64,000 nucleotides of DNA, taken from positions 32,811 to 96,810 of IMG/VR virus record IMGVR_UViG_3300028024_000105; one strand, 5' to 3'. Shown one piece after another: positions 52,896 to 62,021 of the stretch (position 1 is the stretch's first letter; every line of letters starts with the position of its first letter). The notes beneath the pieces were generated by a model. It worked only from the letters and a program-made list of their open reading frames with translations, did not search any database and had not been told where the DNA came from. The stretch comes from a virus. The translations under genes and the position numbers were made by a program.

Positions 52896-55325
52896 ATGCA
52901 GACGGGCAGTGGCGAGACGACCCTGACGGCGGTCCTTCGACTGCGCGACGAGATGTCGCCGCAGCTCGAGAAATCCAAGTCCGCCCTGGCCGGGATGCCC
53001 GTCGGCTTCGACATCCTCAAGAAGGCTGCCACCAAGGCGATGGCCATCATCACCGGCAGCCTGATCCTCATGACCAAGTCGGTCATGAGCACCGCCGACG
53101 AACTCGACAAGATGAACCGCCAGACCGGCGTGTCCGTCGAGACGCTCCAGAAGCTGGCGTTCGTCGCCGCCGAGTCGGGCGCAAGCCTGCAGGACATCGG
53201 ATCGGGCATGAAGTTCCTGGGTCGCAGTCTCGCTGCAGCGAAGAACGGCGGGCAGGAAGCCATCGAAGCATTCCGCCTTCTCGGCGTCGGCATCGAAGAA
53301 CTGAAGGCGCCGGGCATGACCACCGAGAAGCTGTTCATGCGCATCGCCGACTCGATGCAGTTCCTGAGCGACGAGCAGCGGCAGGAAGTCTTCAAGGTCA
53401 TGGGCAGGGGCGCGGCTGATTTGATCCCGCTCCTGTCTCAGGGCTCCGCAGCCATCACGGCCCTGGGCGACGCCGCCAAGGAGACCGGCGCCATCATGTC
53501 CGGCGAGGCCGTGAAGGCGCTCGACTCCTTCGGCGACCAGCTCACTGGCATGGGGATGGCCCTGAAGGGCATGTGGGGCGAGCTGCTCGCATCGCAGACC
53601 GTCTCCCTGCCGAAGATCATCGAGGGCTTCGGCGTCTTCATGGTCGCCATCAGCGACGTGAAGGGCAAGTTCGTGCTGGCGTTCAAGACCGTCCAGAACG
53701 CGCTGACCTTCGCGGCGGTCGTCATCAAAGCCACCTTCAACGCCATCGTCGACACCATCCAGATTTCGATGGCCAAGGCGGTCGACGCAATTCGTACGCC
53801 GCTCATGCTCCTCGCGCGCGGGCTCAACAAGGCCGGTCTCATGGCCGACGAGACGCTCGCCAAGATGCAGGTGGCGTTCGACGGCTTCGGGGCTGTCGCG
53901 CAGAAGAGCCTGAAAGATCCGTTCGCCAACCTGGGCGTCACGATCAAGCAGGAATACGCCGTCGCCATGCAGGCGCAGGGCGAGTTCGTCGACGAGATGA
54001 AGGCCGACTACAAGGCCGCCGTCGACTCCGTGGACATCTTCACCGGCCGCCTGAAACAGGCCGCAGCCCTGCAGACCGACATGGGCCGCGACAAGGCCGT
54101 CAAGCAGGCCAAGACCAAGAGCGACCCTCTCGACGAAATCCTCGCCATGGCCAAGGCGTTGAACATCGTCACCACCGAGCAGAAGAAGCTCAACCAGATG
54201 GCGGACGACTTCGCCAAGAAGAGCGGCATCCGGCTGAACGCCGAGCAGATGAAGATGCTCGCGGACGCGGCGGCCAAGGGCGACGCCGCCGTCCAGCAGC
54301 TCTTCGAGGACATCACCAAGGCGACTGAGGCGGACCCGCTCAAGGGCATGCAGCTCGCGCTGTGGGACCTGACCCAGCGCACCTACAGCTTCCGCGACGC
54401 CTGGGGCAAAATCTTCGAGGATCTGCGCTCGGGCTTCAGCGAGACCTTCGCCAACGCCATCGACGGAACCGAGAAGTTCGGCGACGGCTTCAAGAAGGTC
54501 ATGAAGGACCTGAAGCGGAACCTGATCAAGATGTTCACCGACTTCGCCACCAACCAGCTCTTCGGAGCGGCGGGCGGTCTGTTCGGGAGCGTCTTCGGCG
54601 CGTCCAGCCCTGCCGCCCCCGGGACGGGTGTGGGGCAGCCGGGCACGACTCCGGGCATGAGCGGTATGGGCGGGCAGATCGGCGGCCTGGCCAGCGGCAT
54701 CGGCAGCGCGCTCGGCATGAGCGGAGGCACGTTCGGGGCCGTCGCCGGACTCGGCGCGGCAGGCGCCGCGCTCACCGTGTCGGGCGTCTCGAACGGGAAC
54801 GTCACGCAGGGGACCATGGGGGGAGCCCTAGCGGGCATGGCCACAGGCGCGGTCATTGGATCGGTGATTCCCGGCATCGGCACAGTTATTGGTGGGGTTG
54901 TTGGTGCCATCGTTGGCGGCCTTGCTGGATTCCTGGGCAGCTCCGCGAAGAAGAAAAAGAAGGCGCGCGAAGCGGCGCGGAAAGCGGCAGCAGCGCTGGC
55001 GGCCTACAACGAGGCTCTGTCCAAAGCCCGGGTCGTCCTGAAGGGCGACATTCGGAACAAGCTGGGCGGCGGTCTCGCGACCGAAGAGGCGGCGGCGGAC
55101 ATCGGACATCTTTTCAGCGAGGATCTCAGTGCGGACGAGATCATGAAGTTCGGAGACCCGGCCGCCATCGCAGCCAAGGAAGCCGCCGTCGATCGGCAGA
55201 ACAACATCAATGCCCCGATCACGGTGAATGCCACCATCACGGGATCGTATGACGCGCAGAGACTTGCCGAAGACCTGTCATACCACCTGCAGAATCAGAT
55301 GGGCGGCGCGGCGGGCGGTCTATAA
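52896..55325 (+). CDS. tape measure protein
   Basis: 809 aa Ala/Gly-rich helical protein; ADELDKMNRQTGVSVETLQKL..AA; Gly-rich TM-like segments. Confidence 0.92.
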   Translation: MQTGSGETTLTAVLRLRDEMSPQLEKSKSALAGMPVGFDILKKAATKAMAIITGSLILMTKSVMSTADELDKMNRQTGVSVETLQKLAFVAAESGASLQDIGSGMKFLGRSLAAAKNGGQEAIEAFRLLGVGIEELKAPGMTTEKLFMRIADSMQFLSDEQRQEVFKVMGRGAADLIPLLSQGSAAITALGDAAKETGAIMSGEAVKALDSFGDQLTGMGMALKGMWGELLASQTVSLPKIIEGFGVFMVAISDVKGKFVLAFKTVQNALTFAAVVIKATFNAIVDTIQISMAKAVDAIRTPLMLLARGLNKAGLMADETLAKMQVAFDGFGAVAQKSLKDPFANLGVTIKQEYAVAMQAQGEFVDEMKADYKAAVDSVDIFTGRLKQAAALQTDMGRDKAVKQAKTKSDPLDEILAMAKALNIVTTEQKKLNQMADDFAKKSGIRLNAEQMKMLADAAAKGDAAVQQLFEDITKATEADPLKGMQLALWDLTQRTYSFRDAWGKIFEDLRSGFSETFANAIDGTEKFGDGFKKVMKDLKRNLIKMFTDFATNQLFGAAGGLFGSVFGASSPAAPGTGVGQPGTTPGMSGMGGQIGGLASGIGSALGMSGGTFGAVAGLGAAGAALTVSGVSNGNVTQGTMGGALAGMATGAVIGSVIPGIGTVIGGVVGAIVGGLAGFLGSSAKKKKKAREAARKAAAALAAYNEALSKARVVLKGDIRNKLGGGLATEEAAADIGHLFSEDLSADEIMKFGDPAAIAAKEAAVDRQNNINAPITVNATITGSYDAQRLAEDLSYHLQNQMGGAAGGL

Positions 55326-55352
55326 AGGATTTCTTGGCGCGTCCTACTGGTC

Positions 55353-56204
55353 ATGCGCCAGCATAGGCTCCCACCAAGTCCCCTACCTGAAAACTGGCAA
55401 CACTTTAGTGCTTCCAAGAAGCACAGACTAAGTGTATTGGCCGCAGGTCTCTGCGGCTCCTGCTACAAGAATCCATTCGTAGCTGGTAAAACAAAGTGTC
55501 AACCATGCCTAGACAAACAAAAAGGTGAGCACAAACTATTACTTGAAAGTAGTGTTTGCACCACATGTAAAGAGCCATGGAACGGACCGCAGAATAAGTG
55601 CGACCCTTGTCGAAAGGAAATATCAATTCAAGGCCATCTGGCTCGACGCAAGAATGCCAAAAGGAAATCCTGCCTTAGTTGCGGCGCACCAAGAGATTGT
55701 GAAGGACGCATATGTGCTAAGTGCTTGAACGACTCGAACGACAGAAGGCGGGCAATTCGTGAACGCCGGAAGATCGACGGGTGTTGCGCAGATTGTGATC
55801 GAAAGAGCGTTGGAAACAGCGGCTTCTGCCGCTACCACTTCTTTTATTTCTACGCCGCTAAACTCGGCGATGTCACGAAGGCAGACGACCTAGAGCAGAT
55901 GTGGGAACATCAGGCTGGTAAATGTGAAATCTGTCCTCACCGCATGATTCTGGCAGTCGACATAAATCTTTGCCATTATAAAGATCGTGATCGGTATCCC
56001 GAATTGGCCAATGATCTTACGAATCTCTTTTGGGGTCATGCCTATTGCAACCGAAGTCAAAGTAACAAAACTCTTCCTGAATACTTTCAGCACTGCATCG
56101 AGGTCGTCGAAACAGCTCGCCTGAGAGGTCATTTAGATTCGTCGGGATTGGTCCAAGAGTCTGTATGGCCACTCCCTACATCGCATTTGACGGTGTCCAG
56201 CTAG
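55353..56204 (+). CDS. Cys-rich multi-Zn-finger HNH-like protein
   Basis: Many CxxC pairs; QAGKCEIC...LCH...NL.W.H.YCNRSQ; AT-richer; CGTCCTAC-N5-ATG. Confidence 0.7.
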   Translation: MRQHRLPPSPLPENWQHFSASKKHRLSVLAAGLCGSCYKNPFVAGKTKCQPCLDKQKGEHKLLLESSVCTTCKEPWNGPQNKCDPCRKEISIQGHLARRKNAKRKSCLSCGAPRDCEGRICAKCLNDSNDRRRAIRERRKIDGCCADCDRKSVGNSGFCRYHFFYFYAAKLGDVTKADDLEQMWEHQAGKCEICPHRMILAVDINLCHYKDRDRYPELANDLTNLFWGHAYCNRSQSNKTLPEYFQHCIEVVETARLRGHLDSSGLVQESVWPLPTSHLTVSS

Positions 56205-56941
56205 ACGATTACTTCGCCACCTGGCAGGAGCAGGCGAACTCCCGCATCAACGCGGTGACCGTGCCCCGGCGCCACGGCGCGCTGATCACGGACTCCGTGG
56301 TCGAGGACCCCCGCATCATCGGCGTGACCGGCCGGATGCAGAACGACGATCCGGAGGACCTGCGCGACATCATCGACCAGTTGTCCGAACTGTTCCAGCG
56401 CCGCAACAAGCGGCTCCAGCTCTGGAGTGACCGCTTCATCACGGCCTACAAGTCTCAGTTCGGGTTCGCCTACGTTCCCGGCTCCGGCATGCGTGCCGCA
56501 GACTTCAGCCTGCAGTTCTTCTGTCCCGATCCGTTCTGGTACGACACAACCCCCGACGCCGTCGACTTCGACCTGGCGCAGACGGATCTCGCGCTCGACA
56601 TCACGAACAACAAGTACCGGCGCGAGATCACGGTCACGAACGACGGAGACGTCTACGTCTACCCGACCATCACGGTCACGCCCGGCGGGACGCCGCTGAC
56701 CACCATCGTGGCACGCAACATCACGTCGGGTCGTATGTTCACCTATCTCGGCACCGTCGCGGTGGGCACGGCGCTCGTGGTCAACATGGCCGCCTTCACG
56801 GTGGAGAACAACGGCATCGAGGACCTGCAGAACTTCTCCAACAGCGACTTCTGGGCTCTCCAGCCCGGCGACAATGTGATCCAGATCGAGGGGACGGCGC
56901 CCGCCAACTACGACTTCGCCTTCACGAAGCGGTTCCCGTAA
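56165..56941 (+). CDS. distal tail protein (Dit-like)
   Basis: VPRRHGA...PRII.VTG...F.CPDPFWY...NDGDV..YP...LQPGDN.I. Confidence 0.85.
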   Translation: MATPYIAFDGVQLDDYFATWQEQANSRINAVTVPRRHGALITDSVVEDPRIIGVTGRMQNDDPEDLRDIIDQLSELFQRRNKRLQLWSDRFITAYKSQFGFAYVPGSGMRAADFSLQFFCPDPFWYDTTPDAVDFDLAQTDLALDITNNKYRREITVTNDGDVYVYPTITVTPGGTPLTTIVARNITSGRMFTYLGTVAVGTALVVNMAAFTVENNGIEDLQNFSNSDFWALQPGDNVIQIEGTAPANYDFAFTKRFP

Positions 56942-57615
56942 TGATCCGGCAGGAGCTGGATTTTCCCAAGGGGCTCATTCCCGCACGCCCACGCCTGCGC
57001 GGGCAGGCGCGCATGATGGTCGTCGACCGCAAGACCGGCGCCCGGCAGCACCGCAGCATCCTGGAGCTGCCCGAGTTCCTCCTGGGAGACGAGGTCTGGG
57101 CCAACCGTTCGCTGGCCGAGGGGTTCGATCCGGAGCTGCAACCGGTCTATGCTTCCGCACCCGGTTCCCACGCCAGCCCTACCGCCGGGCTTCCGATCCC
57201 GCGCGAGCTGGTCGACCGGCTCAACGTTCGCACGCTGACTCTGCACATCGGCAGTCCAAGAGAGCAGGACGACATTCTCAAGGGATACCAGACCGGTCTG
57301 GGTTGGCGGGAGTGGTACCAAATCCCCCAAGCCCCGGCCGGTCGAATTGCAGCCATCGGGACGACGGTGGTGAAAGCCTTCGAGACCTGGGCGCGGACCG
57401 GAGAGCTGACCGGCTGGAGCCGACTCTTCATCCAGCCCCCGTTCGAGTTCAAAGTGATCGGGAAGATGTTGACGAACTGGCACTTCCCGGGCGAGCCGCT
57501 GCTCGCGCTGACCTGTGCATTCGGTGGTGTTGATGTGATTCGTGAGGCGTACGAGGCGGCCGTCGCGGAAGGATACCTCTTCTCCGACTACGGCGACCGG
57601 CTCCTGATCATCTAA
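56941..57615 (+). CDS. queA: truncated QueA-like protein (SAM:tRNA ribosyltransferase-isomerase family)
   Basis: ARMMVVDR, QPVYA..PGS.ASPTAGL, LTLHIG, EWY, AIGTTVV.A.E, LFI.P, LTNWH.P, AF.G, AY..AV..GY.F..YGD. Confidence 0.85.
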   Translation: MIRQELDFPKGLIPARPRLRGQARMMVVDRKTGARQHRSILELPEFLLGDEVWANRSLAEGFDPELQPVYASAPGSHASPTAGLPIPRELVDRLNVRTLTLHIGSPREQDDILKGYQTGLGWREWYQIPQAPAGRIAAIGTTVVKAFETWARTGELTGWSRLFIQPPFEFKVIGKMLTNWHFPGEPLLALTCAFGGVDVIREAYEAAVAEGYLFSDYGDRLLII

Positions 57616-60600
57616 TGAGTTGCGTTGGAAGCGCCCCGACCTTCTCGGACATCTCGTCCTGGACACTGTCGCATGACGGCTCCGGATGCGAGAACACCGC
57701 CACCATCCACGTCGACGCCCCTTGCGGCTCCAGCCTCTACACCATCAAGCTGACCCGCACCCAGAACGCCGTCGACACGGACGTGTACTCGGCCACCATC
57801 CCCGACGGCCCGCTCTCCGCATACCAGTTCCAGTACATCGACACCCCGCCCTGCGGCCGGGGCACGATCACCTACCATTGGACCATTCTGTGCGACGGCG
57901 CGGTCCAGAGCACGAGCTACACCAAGTCCGCCGATCAGGGTGGCCCACCCACGCTGTCGCCCGACACGATGGCGCACGACGGCGGCACCTGCGAGAACAC
58001 GCTCCAGCTTCGCGTCATCATGCCCTGCGGCGAGTGCGGCGGGACGGTCAAGCTGTATCGCACTCAGGGCAGCGAACCGACGATGACGGCGGGTGAGGTC
58101 ATCTACTCGAACACCGTCCCCGACGGTCCGTCCGACACGACCTACAACTACGCCGAGACGCCGCCCTGCATTCGCGGCACGTACTACTACCGGTGGCAGG
58201 TCGTCCTGCCCGCCGGAACCTACAACGGCGGACTGCATCAGGCTGACTCCGGCGGCCCGGCGGTCATCACCTTCCACGATGCGCAGGTCGACGCCGACTG
58301 CAACATCACGGCACGGATGCAGCTCTCGAAGCCCTGCGGCGAGTGCGCGGGCACCTGGAAGCTGTTCCGGAAGCTGAACTCGGCCAGCAGCTTCGACGCC
58401 AGCGAGGAGATCGCGAGCGGTGAAGTCCCGGCCGGGCCGCTGATCGGCTTCACCGTCACGCATACGGAGCACCCGGGCAACGGCCACTGGTACTACGCTT
58501 GGCGCGTCTACAACGACACGGGCGGTATCGACGACGAGTTCAGCAGCGACCTGGCCACCACCGAGTGCATCCCGTTCTACACCCCGACGCCCATCTCCCT
58601 GCCAGAGGATGCGTTCGAAAAGCAGATCGTCCTCGTTCAGGTCACCGGCACCCCCGGGGGCGGACTGGTGTACACCGACAGGAAGATCATGAATCTGGCC
58701 GAGCAGCGGCTGGAGTGGTGGTACCACAAGAACGGTGGGTGCGCCGGGTTCCGCCTGCTCACCCATGAGCTTCTCGACGACGAGTTCTTCGACGACACGC
58801 TCGACGAGTCGTGGGAGATCCACGTCCGTATCAAGCTCGGCGGCGAGGACACCTACACGACCTGGTATCGGGGCGTCATCCGATCCATCAAACATCAGGA
58901 GCAGGGCGTCGACGAGTACGCCGACATTCACGGCTACGGCTACGTCGAGATGCTCAACAACATTCAGGTGCAGCGGATCTACCGGGCCGGGCTCACGGTC
59001 AAGCAGGTAGTCGACGATATCATCGCCCAAGACGTCCGGCCGTATACCCGCATCGTCCGGCCGAACGATCTGGACCCCACCAACGGCGACAGCGGCGTGG
59101 TGGCATCCAACTACATCCTCAAGTCCGACGTGCACTTCGAGTGCTCGGCTCTCCGGGCCATCAAGTTTCTGGCAGAGATTCAGGGCAACCGCGAGTACGG
59201 CGTGGATGCGCAGCGCCGCTTCTACTTCCGCCTGAACTCCAGCACCGTCGGCGCCAACTTCTTCCTGGCCAAGGACGTCGTCGACCGCGTGGCAGGCGGC
59301 AAGTCGTTCGGGCAGACCAACAGCCTGAAGGTGGCTGGCAAGTCGTTCGGTGCTCGCGACTTCCTCAAGATCCGAGAAGACGTCACGGACGTGACCAGCT
59401 TCGGCCGCCGTGAGACCCCCGTCGAAGTCCCCTGGGTGACCGGAGACGGTGACGCGTCCGCGTGGGCCGACAACATCATCGCGGTCAACAAGACCAAGCA
59501 GGACTGGGCGGTCATCACCAAGAAGACCGTCACGTCCCGGCTGGAGAACTCCCACCCGCTCCCGCGCGTCACCGTCTACGGCGGTGACGTGTCGAACGAC
59601 GTCAAGACCTACGACATCGCCAAGATCCAGTACATCGAAGGCGGCACCCGGGCACCGCAGGAGATCCGTGAGAAAGGTGTCCCCAAGCAGCAGATGGACA
59701 CGGACCAGCCCCTGAAGGCGATGTACTATCTGGGCCGATACCCCAACGACCTGATCGACGAGCTGAAGGAGCGCGTCTACGACCAGATCGACGCGCTCAA
59801 GGGCCGCCACAAGCAGTTCCGCTATCCGAACGACATCACCAACGAGCTGATCAACATCTCGGGCAAGATCCCGGGCGAGATCAAGTTCTACCACAAGGTT
59901 CCGGACGTCACGAACATCGACGTCACCAACAGCCCCACCGACCTGTCCGACCCCACCAACCCGCGCGGTGTGCTGGTGGCCTGGATCGGAGGCCAATGGG
60001 TGCAACTCTCTCCCCGCCGCATCTTCCACACTCTGAGCGGCGTGCGCGGACAGTTCATCGGCGAGATCGTCTCGCTGATCACGGACACCACCAACTTCCA
60101 GATCGGAGCAATCTACTGGTGGACCGGCGCATCCTGGTCCCCCGTCGGTTCCGGCTCGGGCGCGGGCAACATCATGGAGGGCGCCCGCGTCCAGAAGACG
60201 TCGAACACCACGATCTCGCCCGGCGGGACGACGCTCTCGTACGACTTCGTGATCGCCAACGACAACGCCGTCTTCTCCTCCGGCACGCCCACGCTCCTGA
60301 CGGCCAAGACGACCGGCTACTACAACATCTCGGCCGACGTGCTCTGGGGCAAGGGACTGAACGGCACCTATCGGGAGATCCGCATCAAACTGACGTCCGG
60401 CGTGAACGTCAAGATCGTCGCGAAGGACCGCAAGGATGACTTCGTCCACAATGTGAAGCGGACCAACCACGTCGAGACCACGCTGCTCATGCTCGCGGGC
60501 GACTACATCGAGCTGATCGCCGACACGGACGCTCTGGACGGTGGCAACGTCGTCGAGTATTCGGAAGAGGTCTCGCCGGTCTTCTCCATGGCGCTCGTGT

Positions 60601-62012
60601 CCGGCGGCGGCATCACGAGCAGCTCCATCGGCACGCCGAGTGGCCCGGCGGGTGGCGACCTGGCAGGCTCCTACCCTGACCCGATCTGCAATAGCAACAT
60701 CGCCCGGACGTCTCAGATCATCGACGTGACGGCCCCGCTCTTCGAGCGTGACGGACACAACACGCTGGCCTACGACCTGTACTTCGACATCACCAACTTC
60801 CGGGGCTCCGGGGCCAACGCCAAGCGTGGCGTGGTTCCCTCGCCCGGAACTCCTGCCCGCATCGGACGCTTCCTTTGTGAAGACGTCACGAACCCATGGC
60901 AGTATCCCACGGCCATCCCGATTGGGTTCTTCGGCGACGGATCGGACGGGGATCTCGACATCTCCGGCAGCGGCGACACCACTCTGTCGTCTGGAGACAG
61001 TTTCAAGAACTACCGCAACGTCAATCTGGGCGCGAACACGCTGTACGTCCACGCCGACGACTTCGCCGCCATGATCTGCATCAGCGGGACGCTGACTTCC
61101 AACGGCGGACGCATCGCGCTCCTGCATCGCAACGGCACGGCTGGAGGCAACGGCCTGTTCGGCGGCGGCAACGGCGGGGCAGGCGGCGGCGACTCCGGCA
61201 TCCTGGTTGTTCGGGCGAAGTACCGCGCGGGGGCCATCACGCTGTTCGCGGCGGGGGCGGCGGGCGGCAACGGCACAAACGCTTCGGCGCGCTCGGGTAA
61301 CGGCGGCGGCGGGAGCGGCTTGCCCGGCGTCATCTCGCAGGCGCGAGTCAAAGGCTACGCCATCACGGTCGTGTCCGCCAAGATCCACGCCGTCAGCCCG
61401 GCAACGAATGGCGGCGACGGCGGCGTCGGAATGACCGCCGCGCAGAAGCGGGTCTTCAAGGATGTGGCTTCCTGGCTGCTCGGAGAGTCCGGTTTCCCGA
61501 CCTTCGCCAGTAGCGACCGCAGCATCTACTGGACCGAAACGGTCTCGGCAGCCTCTGGCGACGGGGGCGGTGGGGACCTGGCAGGCAAGGACGGCATGCC
61601 CGGCGCCGGAGGCGGCGGATGGTTCGTCAACGGCGGGCGGGGCGGTCATGCAGGAGTAGTCGGCACGGGTGGCAACGACGCACAGGGCGGTCCGGGCGGT
61701 GGCGGTGGCTCGGGAGGCGTTGTGGTGTTCGTATCCCTGTCGGATGGCAGTGGCGTCACTATCGACGTGCGCGGAGGCAACGGTGGATCGGCCGGGAACG
61801 CGTCCGGCGGCGGCTGTGGAGGTTCGGGTGGCGGCGGCGGGGGCTCGGGCGGACGGTCCTATTCGATCACTCGCGGCGTGACAGTTCCGACGCATATGGT
61901 GACCGGCGGCACGCCCGGCGCTCCTGGCCTTCCTGCGGGCGACGGCGGCGCAGCGGCTGCAGCAATTGCGGGCACCGATGGTATTGCAAGCAGCCTTCTA
62001 ATGAACGAGTAA
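57615..62012 (+). CDS. large tail tip/hub protein with N-terminal repeats and a Gly-rich C-terminus
   Basis: Hub-like core (GGCAGF, YRGVI, EYGVDAQRRFYF, SFGRRE); FFGDGSDG, then GGGGSGG repeats. Confidence 0.75.
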   Translation: MSCVGSAPTFSDISSWTLSHDGSGCENTATIHVDAPCGSSLYTIKLTRTQNAVDTDVYSATIPDGPLSAYQFQYIDTPPCGRGTITYHWTILCDGAVQSTSYTKSADQGGPPTLSPDTMAHDGGTCENTLQLRVIMPCGECGGTVKLYRTQGSEPTMTAGEVIYSNTVPDGPSDTTYNYAETPPCIRGTYYYRWQVVLPAGTYNGGLHQADSGGPAVITFHDAQVDADCNITARMQLSKPCGECAGTWKLFRKLNSASSFDASEEIASGEVPAGPLIGFTVTHTEHPGNGHWYYAWRVYNDTGGIDDEFSSDLATTECIPFYTPTPISLPEDAFEKQIVLVQVTGTPGGGLVYTDRKIMNLAEQRLEWWYHKNGGCAGFRLLTHELLDDEFFDDTLDESWEIHVRIKLGGEDTYTTWYRGVIRSIKHQEQGVDEYADIHGYGYVEMLNNIQVQRIYRAGLTVKQVVDDIIAQDVRPYTRIVRPNDLDPTNGDSGVVASNYILKSDVHFECSALRAIKFLAEIQGNREYGVDAQRRFYFRLNSSTVGANFFLAKDVVDRVAGGKSFGQTNSLKVAGKSFGARDFLKIREDVTDVTSFGRRETPVEVPWVTGDGDASAWADNIIAVNKTKQDWAVITKKTVTSRLENSHPLPRVTVYGGDVSNDVKTYDIAKIQYIEGGTRAPQEIREKGVPKQQMDTDQPLKAMYYLGRYPNDLIDELKERVYDQIDALKGRHKQFRYPNDITNELINISGKIPGEIKFYHKVPDVTNIDVTNSPTDLSDPTNPRGVLVAWIGGQWVQLSPRRIFHTLSGVRGQFIGEIVSLITDTTNFQIGAIYWWTGASWSPVGSGSGAGNIMEGARVQKTSNTTISPGGTTLSYDFVIANDNAVFSSGTPTLLTAKTTGYYNISADVLWGKGLNGTYREIRIKLTSGVNVKIVAKDRKDDFVHNVKRTNHVETTLLMLAGDYIELIADTDALDGGNVVEYSEEVSPVFSMALVSGGGITSSSIGTPSGPAGGDLAGSYPDPICNSNIARTSQIIDVTAPLFERDGHNTLAYDLYFDITNFRGSGANAKRGVVPSPGTPARIGRFLCEDVTNPWQYPTAIPIGFFGDGSDGDLDISGSGDTTLSSGDSFKNYRNVNLGANTLYVHADDFAAMICISGTLTSNGGRIALLHRNGTAGGNGLFGGGNGGAGGGDSGILVVRAKYRAGAITLFAAGAAGGNGTNASARSGNGGGGSGLPGVISQARVKGYAITVVSAKIHAVSPATNGGDGGVGMTAAQKRVFKDVASWLLGESGFPTFASSDRSIYWTETVSAASGDGGGGDLAGKDGMPGAGGGGWFVNGGRGGHAGVVGTGGNDAQGGPGGGGGSGGVVVFVSLSDGSGVTIDVRGGNGGSAGNASGGGCGGSGGGGGGSGGRSYSITRGVTVPTHMVTGGTPGAPGLPAGDGGAAAAAIAGTDGIASSLLMNE

Positions 62013-62021
62013 GGTGTAGAA

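Noticed and set aside
57256-57262. GTCCAAG copies inside coding regions (also near 6522, 36160, 41785, 43995)
   Set aside because: Explicable by codons and not at the fixed distance from a start; not counted as promoters, though 36160 could serve the portal gene
57612-61895. 1427 aa minus-strand ORF, and similar long antisense ORFs (36226-39039, 46393-48705, 1774-3171, 34931-36235)
   Set aside because: Shadow ORFs opposite well-supported genes, expected from high GC3 codon bias; no motifs or start signals
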